DNA of 64,000 nt, taken from assembly GCA_040381175.1 (NCBI GenBank), contig JBEIHU010000001.1, forward strand, positions 20-64,019, given 5' to 3'. The notes beneath the pieces were generated by a model. It did no database searches, was not told where the DNA came from, and saw only the letters and a program-made list of their open reading frames with translations. The position numbers and the translations under genes are program-made. This document shows positions 46,973 to 57,332 of this stretch, piece after piece. Origin of the DNA: Burkholderiaceae bacterium (GTDB lineage Bacteria; Pseudomonadota; Gammaproteobacteria; Burkholderiales; Burkholderiaceae_C). Each line of letters begins with the position of its first letter. Position 1 is the stretch's first letter.

Positions 46973-47761
46973 ATGACCCAGCTGATGTTTTGCGAGCGGC
47001 CGGTCGCCCTGAACCGCGAGCGGCACAAGGCGCTGCGCCTTGCGCCTGCGGATAGCCACTTCGCCTTCGCGGCCAAGACCAACGCCGTGCCGATCGCCAG
47101 CACCGAGTTCGCCGAGGCCGCGCGCGACTACCCGCTGGTCTTCGTCGGCGTGGAGGGCGGGGCCTTCAACGTCGCCGCGCTGGTCGGCCTGCGCGACGGC
47201 CAGAACCTGATGGTCGATGCCCAGGGCGTGTGGGCACCCGGCTGTTACGTGCCTGCCTTCGCCCGCCGCTACCCTTTCGTTCTGGCCAAGACCGACGACA
47301 GCAGCAAGCTCACGGTATGCATCGACGAGGTCTACCCCGGTCTGGGCACGCAGCAGGGCGAGGCGCTGTTCAACGACGACGGCAGCGAGACGCCCTACTT
47401 GAAGCGAGTGCTGGATTTCCTGCAGTTGTTCCATGCAGAGACCCAGCGCACCGCCACCTTCGCCACGCGACTGAAGGAACTTGGGCTGCTGGTGCCGAAA
47501 GTGATCAATGTCGAACGGGGGGGAGAGCGCCAGAGCGTCGGCGGCTTGTGGATCGTGGACGCCGCCAAGCTGCGCGGCATCGACGACGCCCGCGTGCTGG
47601 AGCTGTTCCGCGCCGGTTACCTGGCATGGATCGAGGCCCACCTGCTTTCGCTGGGCAGCCTGTCGCGTCTGATGGAACGCATGCAGGACACCGCCGGCAG
47701 CAGTGCCGCCGCCAACGCAGCCGCCAACGCAGCCGCCAGCGCAACCGCCAGCGCGGCCTGA
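46973..47761 (+). CDS. SapC family protein
   Basis: EF..AARDYPLVF, YVPAFARRYPF, HLLSL. Confidence 0.85.
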   Translation: MTQLMFCERPVALNRERHKALRLAPADSHFAFAAKTNAVPIASTEFAEAARDYPLVFVGVEGGAFNVAALVGLRDGQNLMVDAQGVWAPGCYVPAFARRYPFVLAKTDDSSKLTVCIDEVYPGLGTQQGEALFNDDGSETPYLKRVLDFLQLFHAETQRTATFATRLKELGLLVPKVINVERGGERQSVGGLWIVDAAKLRGIDDARVLELFRAGYLAWIEAHLLSLGSLSRLMERMQDTAGSSAAANAAANAAASATASAA

Positions 47762-47777
47762 GCGCCGCATCCGCGCC

Positions 47778-47993
47778 GTGACCGCCCTGTCTCTGGCCGC
47801 GCTGAGCGCGCAGGCCAAGGACATCGTCGATGCCGCCGTGGCCGCCGGCGAGGTCAAGACGTCGCAGGGCCAGTAGCTGACCGCGGGCACCAGCGGCAGC
47901 ATGACGGTCGACGCCGCCAAAGTGACTGCGGCGCACATCACCGCCGACAACGGCCTCATCCACGTGATCGACACGATGTTCTAGCCGAAGAAG
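47778..47993 (+). pseudogene. Fasciclin (FAS1) domain protein remnant
   Basis: AQAKDIVDAAVAAG|EVKTSQGQ*LT...ADNGLIHVIDT; central FAPTD region and start codon missing; TAG at 47874 and 47982. Confidence 0.8.
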
Positions 47994-48063
47994 TTGGCCT
48001 GCTGCGCGGGCATGACGGGGGCGGGCTGCTCGGGGCGCCCGCCCTCTGTCTTTTCCGGCGGGT

Positions 48064-49497
48064 TCAGGCTGGCGAGGAACAGGCTTCTCGCAGCCGCAAA
48101 TGCAGGCCCACCGGGTTCATCGTAAAGGCCATGCGCTCCTCGGCCGGCCCGCCACCGGGCGTGTCCACTGAGACGATGTCGAAGCCGGACAGCAGCATGG
48201 CCATCGCCATCTTCATCTCCAGCAGGGCGAGGTATCGCCCGGGGCACATGCGCGGCCCCGAGCCGAAGGGCATGGCCGCGCGCCTGGCAGCCGCGCCCAC
48301 CGGCGGATCGGAAGACTCCAGCCAGCGCTCCGGCTCGAAGGCCGCAGGCCGGTCGAACAACCGCTCGCCCACGCTGTCATGGCGAAGCACGCCCCAGATG
48401 TGCGTGCCCTGGGGAACCGCGACATCGCCGACCACGGTGTCACGCAAGGCCTGCAGCGCGATGAACGGCGCCACCGGCTTCAGCCGCATGGTTTCGCTGG
48501 CGCAGGCTTCCAGGTAAGGCAGCTGCTCCATTTGCTCGAAGCCATAGGCTGCCGGATCGGGGGCCCGCGTGCGCACCTCGTGCAGCGCCCGCTGCAGCGC
48601 CTGCGGGTGGAGATACAGCAAGTGGATCATCCAGGCCAGGGTGTTGGCGGTGGTGTCCTCGCCGGCCAGCAGCATGGTCAGCACGTTGCCGGCGACATGG
48701 CGGTCGTCGAGGCCGCTTTGCGGCTGGTCGGCGGCCACGATCATGGCTTCGAGCAGGTTGCGCGGCTGCTCACGCAGCGCGGCATCGGCGCGCAAGCGCT
48801 GCCGCGCCTGGCCGACGAAGTCGAGGATGGTGCTGTTGATCACCGCCACGCTGTGCTCCAGATCGCGGTCGGCGGCCGTCTTGAACCAGCGCCAATAGGG
48901 CACGACCGACAGCACGCGGCGAAAGATCGCGGGCAGCACCTTGTCCAAGTGGCGCTGGATCACGTCCTCGCCCGACTCCAGCGTGTTGATGTCCTTGCCG
49001 AAAGCCAGGCCGGCGATGGCATCGACGGTAAAGCGCATCAGGTCGGCCTGCAGCGGGATGTGGCGGCCCTCGCGCGCGGCTCGGCGCCAGCGCCCCTGCA
49101 ACCGCAGCGTGACCTTGAGCAGCGACGGGAAATAGGCGCGCACATGTCCAGGCGCAAAGCTGGCCATGACCATGCGGCGCTGCCTGCGCCAGTCTTCGCC
49201 CTCGGCGCTGAACAGCCCCTGTGGCAGGCCCATCTCGATACCCACACGGCTGGTGAAGGGGCTGCGGCGGAAGCCCTCGGGCCGCTCGCGCATGACCTTG
49301 GCCAGCAGGTCGTGGTCGGCCACCACGAGTTGCTCGTGCCGACCCAGGCGCATGCGGAACAGCGGGCCGAACTCGTCGGCCCAGCGCTCCACGTCCAGGT
49401 GGATGCGCGCCGGCCTGACTTGCAGCGTATTGCCCAGCAAAGGCCAGCCGCGGGGTCCGGGCAGGTCCTTCAGTTGGCGCAACGTCGCGGGGCCCAT
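48064..49497 (-). CDS. Cytochrome P450
   Basis: AGEDTT I-helix, ETMR (ExxR), FEPERW, PFGSGPRMCPG heme motif. Confidence 0.93.
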   Translation of the reverse strand: MGPATLRQLKDLPGPRGWPLLGNTLQVRPARIHLDVERWADEFGPLFRMRLGRHEQLVVADHDLLAKVMRERPEGFRRSPFTSRVGIEMGLPQGLFSAEGEDWRRQRRMVMASFAPGHVRAYFPSLLKVTLRLQGRWRRAAREGRHIPLQADLMRFTVDAIAGLAFGKDINTLESGEDVIQRHLDKVLPAIFRRVLSVVPYWRWFKTAADRDLEHSVAVINSTILDFVGQARQRLRADAALREQPRNLLEAMIVAADQPQSGLDDRHVAGNVLTMLLAGEDTTANTLAWMIHLLYLHPQALQRALHEVRTRAPDPAAYGFEQMEQLPYLEACASETMRLKPVAPFIALQALRDTVVGDVAVPQGTHIWGVLRHDSVGERLFDRPAAFEPERWLESSDPPVGAAARRAAMPFGSGPRMCPGRYLALLEMKMAMAMLLSGFDIVSVDTPGGGPAEERMAFTMNPVGLHLRLREACSSPA

Positions 49498-49619
49498 GGC
49501 AACGGTTCAGGCAAAGCGGTGATCGTAGCGTCGGTGCGGGCATCGGGGGCGTTCCAGGACAGCGCGAGGGCTGCGGGGTAAGATAATTTGCTTATTCAGC
49601 CGCCACTGCCGGAGTCTGT

Positions 49620-50810
49620 ATGCATCTCATCGAATCCATCCTCGCCGATGCCGCCAGCATCACCAGCATCCGCCGCGACATCCACGCCCATCCGGAACTG
49701 TGCTTTCAGGAAGAACGCACTGCCGATGTCATCGCCAGGGCGCTGACCGACTGGGGCATTCCGATCCACCGCGGCATGGGCAAGACCGGCGTGGTCGGCA
49801 TCGTGAAGAGCGGCGCGTCCAGCCGTGCCATCGGGCTGCGCGCCGACATCGACGCCCTGCCGATGACCGAGCACAACCACTTCGCCCATGCCAGCACCCA
49901 GCCCGGCAAGATGCACGCCTGCGGCCACGACGGCCACACCGCCATGCTGCTGGCAGCGGCCCGCCATCTGTCCAGGCACCGCAACTTCGACGGCACGGTG
50001 TACCTGATCTTCCAGCCGGCCGAAGAAGGCGGCGGGGGCGCGCGCGAGATGATGAAGGACGGCCTTTTCGAGAAGTTCCCGATGGAGGCCATCTTCGGCA
50101 TCCACAACTGGCCAGGCATGAAGGTCGGGCAGTTTGCGCTGAAGAGCGGCCCGGTGATGGCCAGCTCCAATGAATTCAAGATCACCATCCGCGGCAAGGG
50201 CAGCCATGCCGCGCTGCCGCACAACGGCATCGACCCGGTGCCGGTGGCCTGCCAGATGGTGCAGGCCTTCCAGACCATCGTCACGCGCAACAAGAAACCG
50301 GTCGACACCGCGGTGATCTCGGTGACGATGATCCACGCCGGCGAGGCCACCAACGTCGTGCCGGACTACTGCGAGATCCAGGGCACGGTGCGCACCTTCA
50401 CCACCGAGGTGCTGGACCTGGTCGAACGGCGCATGAAGACCATCGCCGAGAGCACCTGCGCCGCGTTCGAGGCGGGCTGCGAGTTCCACTTCAAGCGCAA
50501 CTATCCACCGACCATCAACCACGCCGCCGAAACCGACTTCACCCGCAGCCTGTTAGGCGAGGTGGTCGGCCCGGGGAACGTGCTCGAGTTTGAGCCGACG
50601 ATGGGCTCGGAGGATTTCAGCTACTTCCTGCAGGCCAAGCCTGGCTGCTATTTCCTCATCGGCAACGGCGACGGCACGCACCGCGAGGGCGGGCATGGAC
50701 TGGGCCCGTGCATGCTGCACAACCCCAGCTACGACTTCAACGACGAACTGATCCCGCTGGGCGCCACCGTCTGGGTGCGGCTGGCAGAGAAGTGGCTGGC
50801 CGCGCGCTGA
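49620..50810 (+). CDS. M20 family amidohydrolase (hippurate hydrolase-like)
   Basis: RADIDALP, MHACGHDGH, QPAEEG, SEDF, LHNP. Confidence 0.92.
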   Translation: MHLIESILADAASITSIRRDIHAHPELCFQEERTADVIARALTDWGIPIHRGMGKTGVVGIVKSGASSRAIGLRADIDALPMTEHNHFAHASTQPGKMHACGHDGHTAMLLAAARHLSRHRNFDGTVYLIFQPAEEGGGGAREMMKDGLFEKFPMEAIFGIHNWPGMKVGQFALKSGPVMASSNEFKITIRGKGSHAALPHNGIDPVPVACQMVQAFQTIVTRNKKPVDTAVISVTMIHAGEATNVVPDYCEIQGTVRTFTTEVLDLVERRMKTIAESTCAAFEAGCEFHFKRNYPPTINHAAETDFTRSLLGEVVGPGNVLEFEPTMGSEDFSYFLQAKPGCYFLIGNGDGTHREGGHGLGPCMLHNPSYDFNDELIPLGATVWVRLAEKWLAAR

Positions 50811-50820
50811 GAGCGGCGCG

Positions 50821-51903
50821 ATGAATGCCTCCGGCTTCTTTGCGCAGAGCTACGCCGAGGCACGACGCAAATTCATCGACGCGAGCTTGGCGGCCGGCCA
50901 GGAGCCCGTGGCCCACCCGCATCCGCTGATCGGCCGCGACGGCGAGCACTTGGCCATGGATGTGGCCCGTTTCGGCGCGGCCGACGCCCAAGCGCTGCTG
51001 CTGCTGAGCAGCGCCTGCCATGGCGTTGAGGGCTTCTGTGGGTCGGGCGTGCAGAACGCGCTGCTCGCCGACAAGGGCTTCCACGCCGCGGCCGCCCGCG
51101 CCGGCGTGGCCCTGCTCTACATCCACGCGCTCAACCCCTACGGTTTCTCGTGGATCCGCCGCACCACGCACGAGAACGTGGACCTGAATCGCAACTTCCA
51201 GGACTTCGACAAGCCGCTGCCTCGCAACCCGGAATACGACAGGCTGGCGCACCTTCTCGTGCCGGCCGCCTGGCCGCCAACGCCCGACATCAAGGCGGGG
51301 ATGGCCCAGTTTCTTGCCGAGCACGGCGCCAAGGCGCTGCAGGCAGCCGTCTCGCGCGGGCAGTACGAGCACCCGCAGGGGCTCTTCTACGGCGGCCACA
51401 ACCCCACCTGGAGCCAACAGGCACTGCGCCGTGTGCTGCAGGACCATGGGCGGCGTTGCCGCCGGCTGGGCTGGATCGACCTGCATACCGGCCTCGGGCC
51501 CAGCGGCCATGGCGAACGCATCTGGGCCGGCCCGGACGATGCCGCGGCGGTGGCACGTGCGCGCGGCTGGTGGGGCCGGGACGTGACCTCGATCTACGAC
51601 GGTTCGTCGGAATCGGCTCTGCTCACCGGGCTGATGTGGTTTGCGGCCGGACAGGAATGCCCGCAGGCCGAGTACACGGGCATCGCCCTGGAGTACGGCA
51701 CCGTGCCCTTCGAGCAGGTGATGGATGCGCTGCGCGCCGAGCAGTGGCTCGAAAACCACCCCGAGACGCCGGCGGCGCAACGCCGGCAGATCAAGCGCCA
51801 GATGCGCGACGCCTTCTACACCGACACCGATGCCTGGAAGACGCGCATCGTCGAACAGGGCGTGGAAGCTGCGTACCAGGCGGTGGCTGGCCTGGACAGC
51901 TGA
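50821..51903 (+). CDS. M14-like metallopeptidase (DUF2817)
   Basis: HGVEG, NPYG, NVDLNRN, IDLHTG. Confidence 0.85.
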   Translation: MNASGFFAQSYAEARRKFIDASLAAGQEPVAHPHPLIGRDGEHLAMDVARFGAADAQALLLLSSACHGVEGFCGSGVQNALLADKGFHAAAARAGVALLYIHALNPYGFSWIRRTTHENVDLNRNFQDFDKPLPRNPEYDRLAHLLVPAAWPPTPDIKAGMAQFLAEHGAKALQAAVSRGQYEHPQGLFYGGHNPTWSQQALRRVLQDHGRRCRRLGWIDLHTGLGPSGHGERIWAGPDDAAAVARARGWWGRDVTSIYDGSSESALLTGLMWFAAGQECPQAEYTGIALEYGTVPFEQVMDALRAEQWLENHPETPAAQRRQIKRQMRDAFYTDTDAWKTRIVEQGVEAAYQAVAGLDS

Positions 51904-51924
51904 ACACAGCTCGCCCTCCCTCAG

Positions 51925-52005
51925 GCGACCGCCTCGGAACCGGCTTCGCCGGGCCGCCGGCGGAGCCCCCTCGAGGGGGAGCGGCGAAGCCGCTTCGGGG
52001 GTGGT
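51925..52005. repeat. REP-like element between convergent genes
   Basis: ggaaccggcttcgccgggc, ccccctcgaggggg and agcggcgaagccgct palindromes; inverted relative of 11802-11826. Confidence 0.7.
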
Positions 52006-52009
52006 CCCC

Positions 52010-52753
<744 letters not shown>

Positions 52754-52779
52754 GACGGGCTTTCCGGATGGTCACGCGA

Positions 52780-53886
52780 TCAGCGGGTGCGGCTGACCGA
52801 CACCTGCTTCTCGACCCACAGGCTGTAGCGCGACATGGCGAAGCAGAAGGCGAAGTAGATCGCGGTGATGAACAGATAGGCCTCGATCTTGAACGGGCGC
52901 CATTCGACGTCGGAGTTCAACGCCAAGCCCAGCGCGCCGGTGAGTTCGTAGAGCGAGACGATGGTCACCAGCGAGGTGTCCTTGAAGATGCTGATGAAGT
53001 TGTTCATCATGCTCGGCACCACCATCGCCAGCGCCTGTGGCAGCACGATCTTGCGCTGTGTCTGCCAGTAGCTCAGGCCCAGCGTGTCGGCCGCCTCGAG
53101 CTGACCCTTGGGTATGGCTTGCAGCCCGCCACGCACGATCTCGGCCATGTAGGCGGCGGCGAACAGCGTGATGCCGATCAGCACCCGCACCAGCACGTCG
53201 ATGCTGGTGCCCGCCGGCATGAACAGCGGAAACATGAAGCTGGCCATGAACAGCACGCTGATCAGCGGCACGCCGCGGATCAGCTCGATGTAGACCACGC
53301 AGGCGGTTCGGATCGCCGGCAGGTGGCTGCGCCGGCCCAACGCCACCAGCACCGCGATCGGGAAGGCGAGGAAGATCGACAGCGTAGCCAGCATCACCGT
53401 CAGCGGCAGGCCGCCCCAGAGGTCGGTGCGCACCGGCTCCAGGCCGAGGATGCCGCCGCCCATCAGCGTGAAGAACACCGCCAGCACCGCCACCCACAGC
53501 AGGGCCAGCCATGGCTTCCAGAACCAGCGCACGCAGCTGGCCACCAGGGCCAGCACCATCAGCAGCGTGGCGACCTCGGGCCGCCACTGCTGCTCGAAAG
53601 GGTAGCGACCGAAAACGATGATGCGCCACTTCTCAGTGACCACGCCCCAGCAGGCACCGGTGCCGCGCGCAGCTTGGCAGGCATCGGCATTGGCAGTGAA
53701 GACCGCCTGGAACAGCCCCCACTGCGCCAGCGACGGCAGCAGATACAGCACCAGAGCGACCAGCGCGACGGTGGTCAGCGAGCTTTTCCAGTCGCCGAAC
53801 AGGTTGCGCCTGAGCCAGGGCAGCAAGCCCTCGGTGCGTACCGGCGGCGGGCGCGGCGCGATCGGCTCGAAGGTGTCGGCAGCCAT
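52780..53886 (-). CDS. aapM: Amino acid ABC transporter permease
   Basis: GACW, WGGL, RGVPLI, AYMAEIVRGG, FKDTSLV. Confidence 0.85.
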   Translation of the reverse strand: MAADTFEPIAPRPPPVRTEGLLPWLRRNLFGDWKSSLTTVALVALVLYLLPSLAQWGLFQAVFTANADACQAARGTGACWGVVTEKWRIIVFGRYPFEQQWRPEVATLLMVLALVASCVRWFWKPWLALLWVAVLAVFFTLMGGGILGLEPVRTDLWGGLPLTVMLATLSIFLAFPIAVLVALGRRSHLPAIRTACVVYIELIRGVPLISVLFMASFMFPLFMPAGTSIDVLVRVLIGITLFAAAYMAEIVRGGLQAIPKGQLEAADTLGLSYWQTQRKIVLPQALAMVVPSMMNNFISIFKDTSLVTIVSLYELTGALGLALNSDVEWRPFKIEAYLFITAIYFAFCFAMSRYSLWVEKQVSVSRTR

Positions 53887-55097
53887 CAGCGTTCCTTGAT
53901 GGCCACGCGCTTGTTGTACCAGTTCATCAGCGCCGAGGTGCTGAGCGACGTGCTCAGATACACCAGCATGATGATGGCGATGCACTCCACCGCGCGCCCG
54001 GTCTGGTTCAGCGTCGTGTTGGCGATGGAGACCACGTCGGGGTAGCCGATGGCCACCGCCAGAGACGAGTTCTTGGTCAGGTTCAGGTACTGGTTGGTCA
54101 GCGGCGGGATGATTACGCGCAGCGCCTGCGGCAGGATCACCATGCGCATCGTCTGCCGCCTAGACAGGCCGAGCGCGCTGGCGGCCTCGGTCTGGCCGTG
54201 CGACACCGACTGGATGCCGCCGCGCACGACTTCGGCAACGAAAGCGCCGGTGTACATCACCAGGCCGATCAGCACCGCCATGAACTCAGGCGTGGCGCTG
54301 ATTCCGCCATCGACCATGAAGGCCAGCTGCTCCGGCAGGGACCATTCGCGCGGCGCGCCGCCGGCCGCCCAGCCGGCCAGCGCCAGTCCGAAGAACGCGA
54401 GCAACGGCACCAGCCAGCGGTTGCGATCCTGCCCGGTGCGCTCGAACTCGCGCTGAGCCCGGCGCCGCCAAGCCACGCCGGCCACCAGGCCGAGCAGCGC
54501 GCCCAGCGCCATCCACGCATAGCCCGGCGCCCACACGGGCGCCGGCATCGAGAAACCGCCCTTGCTCAGGTAGAACATGTCGCCCAGGTTCCAGGCCGCC
54601 TGCGGCGCGGGCAGCACCTCGACGAAGAACAAGTACCACATCAGCAACTGCAGCAAAATCGGCACGTTGCGGAACAACTCCACGTAGCCGTAGCACAGGC
54701 CGCGCACCAGCGCGTTGTGCGAGAAGCGCCCTATGCCCATCAGCACGCCAAGGATCGTCGTCAGCACGATGCCGATGACAGCCACGCGCAGCGTGTTCAG
54801 CACGCCAACCCACAGCGCCCGGCCGTAGCTTTGGCTCGGGTCGAAGGCGATCACGGTCTCGCCGATGTCGAAGCCCGCAGCTTGTCCAAGGAAGTCGAAG
54901 CCGCTCTGGATGCCCCGCACACGCATGTTCTCCTGCGTGTTGTATGCGAGGAACCAGACCACGCCGCCGATCAGCAGCACGGCCAGGGCCTGATAGACCC
55001 AGCCGCGCACGACGCGGCTGCGCCAGGACCATTCGACGGGCTTCTTCTTCGGTGCGCTTGCGCTCAAACCGGGCTCCACGATACGGCGCGTTGTCAC
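53886..55097 (-). CDS. aapQ: Amino acid ABC transporter permease
   Basis: GFDFL..AGFDI, FRNVP, AEVVRGGI, KNSSLAVAIGYPD; start uncertain. Confidence 0.85.
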   Translation of the reverse strand: MTTRRIVEPGLSASAPKKKPVEWSWRSRVVRGWVYQALAVLLIGGVVWFLAYNTQENMRVRGIQSGFDFLGQAAGFDIGETVIAFDPSQSYGRALWVGVLNTLRVAVIGIVLTTILGVLMGIGRFSHNALVRGLCYGYVELFRNVPILLQLLMWYLFFVEVLPAPQAAWNLGDMFYLSKGGFSMPAPVWAPGYAWMALGALLGLVAGVAWRRRAQREFERTGQDRNRWLVPLLAFFGLALAGWAAGGAPREWSLPEQLAFMVDGGISATPEFMAVLIGLVMYTGAFVAEVVRGGIQSVSHGQTEAASALGLSRRQTMRMVILPQALRVIIPPLTNQYLNLTKNSSLAVAIGYPDVVSIANTTLNQTGRAVECIAIIMLVYLSTSLSTSALMNWYNKRVAIKER

Positions 55098-55146
55098 GCA
55101 CCGGAGCGCGCCGCGGGCACGGTCTGGCTCGCGACGCGGAGGCGGC

Positions 55147-56175
55147 TCAGCGCACCGGCGGGGCGTACATCAGCCCGTCCTTCGTCCACAGGTTGTTGCT
55201 GCCGCGAGGCAGGCCGATCGGCGTCTTCTCGCCGACATGGCGCTCGAAGATCTCGCCGTAGTTGCCGGTGGTCTTGACGATGCGGTAGGCCCATTCCTTG
55301 TCCAGGCCGAGCAGCTTGCCGGTGTCTTCGGTGCCAGAGCCCAGCAAGCGCATCACGCCGGGGTTCTTGCTGTCCTTCTTCATCTGCTCGACGTTGGCCT
55401 GCGTGATGCCAAGCTCCTCGGCCTCGAGCAGGACGTTCAGCACCCATTTGCTGATGGCGAAGAACTCGTCGTCGCCGCGGCGGATCGACGGACCCAGGGG
55501 CTCCTTGGAGACCAGTTCGGGCAGGATGATGTGGTCATCGGGCTTTTGGGCCTCCTTGCTGCGCACCGAGGCCAGGCCCGAGGCGTCGGTGGTGTAGGCC
55601 TGGCAGCGTCCGGAGAAATAGGCACCGGTTGCCGCTTCCACCTTCTCGAACACCACCGGCTTGATCTGCAGGTTGTTGGCGCGCGAGTAGTCGGTCAGGT
55701 TCAGCTCGGTGGTGGTGCCGGACTGCACGCAGACGGTGGCGCCCTTCAGCGCCTTGGCGCTTTTCACGTTCAGGCTCTTCGGTACCATGAAGCCCTGGCC
55801 GTCGTAGAAGGTGATGCCTACGAAGTGCATGCCCAGCGAGGCATCGCGCGTCAGCGTCCAGGTGGTGTTGCGCGACAGCACGTCGACTTCGCCGGACTGC
55901 AGTGCCGTGAAGCGCTGCTGCGCGGTCAGCGGCGAATAGCGCACCTTGTTGCCATCACCCAGGATGGCCGCGGCCAGCGCGCGGCAATAGTCGACGTCCA
56001 GGCCGCTCCAGCGGCCCTGGCTGTCGGCGGCGGAAAAACCGGCCAGGCCGGTGTTCACACCGCACACCAGGGTACCGCGGGCCTTGATGGCGTCGAGGTC
56101 CTTGCCGGCGAAGGCAGCAGGGGCGGTGCTCAGGCCAGCGGCCAAGAAAGCGGCGGCAAAGAGGGTCTGTCGCAT
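55147..56175 (-). CDS. aapJ: Amino acid ABC transporter substrate-binding protein
   Basis: Signal peptide, RFTALQSGEVD.LSRNTTWT, SKEPLGP, GLMYAPP; AGGAG RBS. Confidence 0.88.
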   Translation of the reverse strand: MRQTLFAAAFLAAGLSTAPAAFAGKDLDAIKARGTLVCGVNTGLAGFSAADSQGRWSGLDVDYCRALAAAILGDGNKVRYSPLTAQQRFTALQSGEVDVLSRNTTWTLTRDASLGMHFVGITFYDGQGFMVPKSLNVKSAKALKGATVCVQSGTTTELNLTDYSRANNLQIKPVVFEKVEAATGAYFSGRCQAYTTDASGLASVRSKEAQKPDDHIILPELVSKEPLGPSIRRGDDEFFAISKWVLNVLLEAEELGITQANVEQMKKDSKNPGVMRLLGSGTEDTGKLLGLDKEWAYRIVKTTGNYGEIFERHVGEKTPIGLPRGSNNLWTKDGLMYAPPVR

Positions 56176-56237
56176 CGGGGAGATCTCCTGGAAAAGGTGA
56201 ATGGTCGTGCCTGGCGGCAGCAACGGCGGGGACTGCA

Positions 56238-56253
56238 AGCAAGAAAGGGGCCT
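56238..56253 (-). promoter_or_regulatory. Possible sigma-54 -24/-12 promoter of aapJ
   Basis: Minus strand AGGCCCCTTTCTTGCT gives GG-N10-GC with TTGC, ~63 bp upstream of the ATG. Confidence 0.35.
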
Positions 56254-56375
56254 TTCGTCCAGGTGCATCGACGGATGGTCGGCCCTGCTCCACTTGGTGG
56301 CACGGAATCTGCCCTGACTTCCTGCGTCCCGCAAGTCGCAGAAACACCAATGCGCAATCCGGCACGCGGCCGCTC

Positions 56376-56990
56376 TCAGGCCCAACCGTGTCGGCGCAGT
56401 TGTTCCTCGCAGTCGGCGGCGTCGACGAAATGCACCGCGTTCCAGCCGGCGTGGCGCGCCGCCTGGACGTTGGCCGCCACGTCGTCGATGAAGACCAGTT
56501 GCTCCGGCGGCACGCCGAAGCGCCGCGCCGCGAGCGCAAAGATTTGCGGTTCGGGCTTGATCAGGTGGACGCGCGCGGAGAACACGCCATCGACGAACCA
56601 GCCAATGAAGGCGTTTTCGCGCTCCAGATGCACCGCATAGGGCTGCGGCATGTTCGAAAGAAAGTACATCCTGTGTCCGGCGGCGTGCAGGCGACCGAGC
56701 AGGGCCACCGTCTGCGGCTGCGGCTGCAGTTCGGCCGGCACCGCATCGACCACGGCCTGGACCTGTGCGGGCGACAACCCGGTGCGCGCGCTGATGCGTC
56801 GCACCAGTTCAGGGACTTCGACCCGGCCGCGGTCGAATTCAGCCCAGTCGCCGCCATAGCCCTGGAAGATGGCTTCGGCCCACCGACGCGCGGCGGCCTC
56901 GTCGCCGGCAAGATGCGGCAGCTCGCGCTGCACCAGCCGGTATGGCTGCCAGTGGAACAGCACGCCGGCGAAATCGAACACGATGTTCAA
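56376..56990 (-). CDS. HAD family phosphatase (YihX-like)
   Basis: TTG start after GGAGG; VFDFAGV, LSN, KPEP, FIDD...N. Confidence 0.85.
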   Translation of the reverse strand: MNIVFDFAGVLFHWQPYRLVQRELPHLAGDEAAARRWAEAIFQGYGGDWAEFDRGRVEVPELVRRISARTGLSPAQVQAVVDAVPAELQPQPQTVALLGRLHAAGHRMYFLSNMPQPYAVHLERENAFIGWFVDGVFSARVHLIKPEPQIFALAARRFGVPPEQLVFIDDVAANVQAARHAGWNAVHFVDAADCEEQLRRHGWA

Positions 56991-57294
56991 GCAGGCCTCC
57001 TTGCCCGGGACTGCAACGCCGCCTGTCGCGGCACCGGCATTGTCATTCGCCCGGCATCGCCTCCCGGGCGCCGCGACACCGGCGCTGGGCCGGTGCCGGG
57101 CTCCAGGCCTGGGCGCCAGGCCCGTCTGTAGAGGCCGCTGCCCGCCCGGCCGGTCCGAGGTTGTAGGCCGTGGCAGGCCATTTTCAGCCGGGCCGCGGCC
57201 CACGAAGGCACCACCACTCTCTGCCCGCACCACGTCACACCGCAGCGATGATGATGACGATTGACCGGGCTTTGGAACTGTTGCATTATGGATT

Positions 57295-57311
57295 TTGTAA
57301 CAAAATTACGA
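57295..57311. promoter_or_regulatory. HexR operator
   Basis: TGTAACAAAATTACG matches the TGTAA-N5-TTACA palindrome; ~22 bp upstream of zwf, hexR adjacent. Confidence 0.7.
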
Positions 57312-57332
57312 ATCAGATAGTTCTGCGCATCG

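Noticed and set aside
56298-56312. Good sigma-54 match TGGCACGGAATCTGC on the + strand, overlapping a weak NtrC-like palindrome
   Set aside because: It points away from aapJ into the 3' end of the HAD gene with no ORF to drive; it may be chance.
56991-57290. edd remnant divergent from zwf, or N-terminal extension of the HAD gene
   Set aside because: No recognisable dehydratase peptide; the HAD gene has its own RBS and TTG start at 56990.
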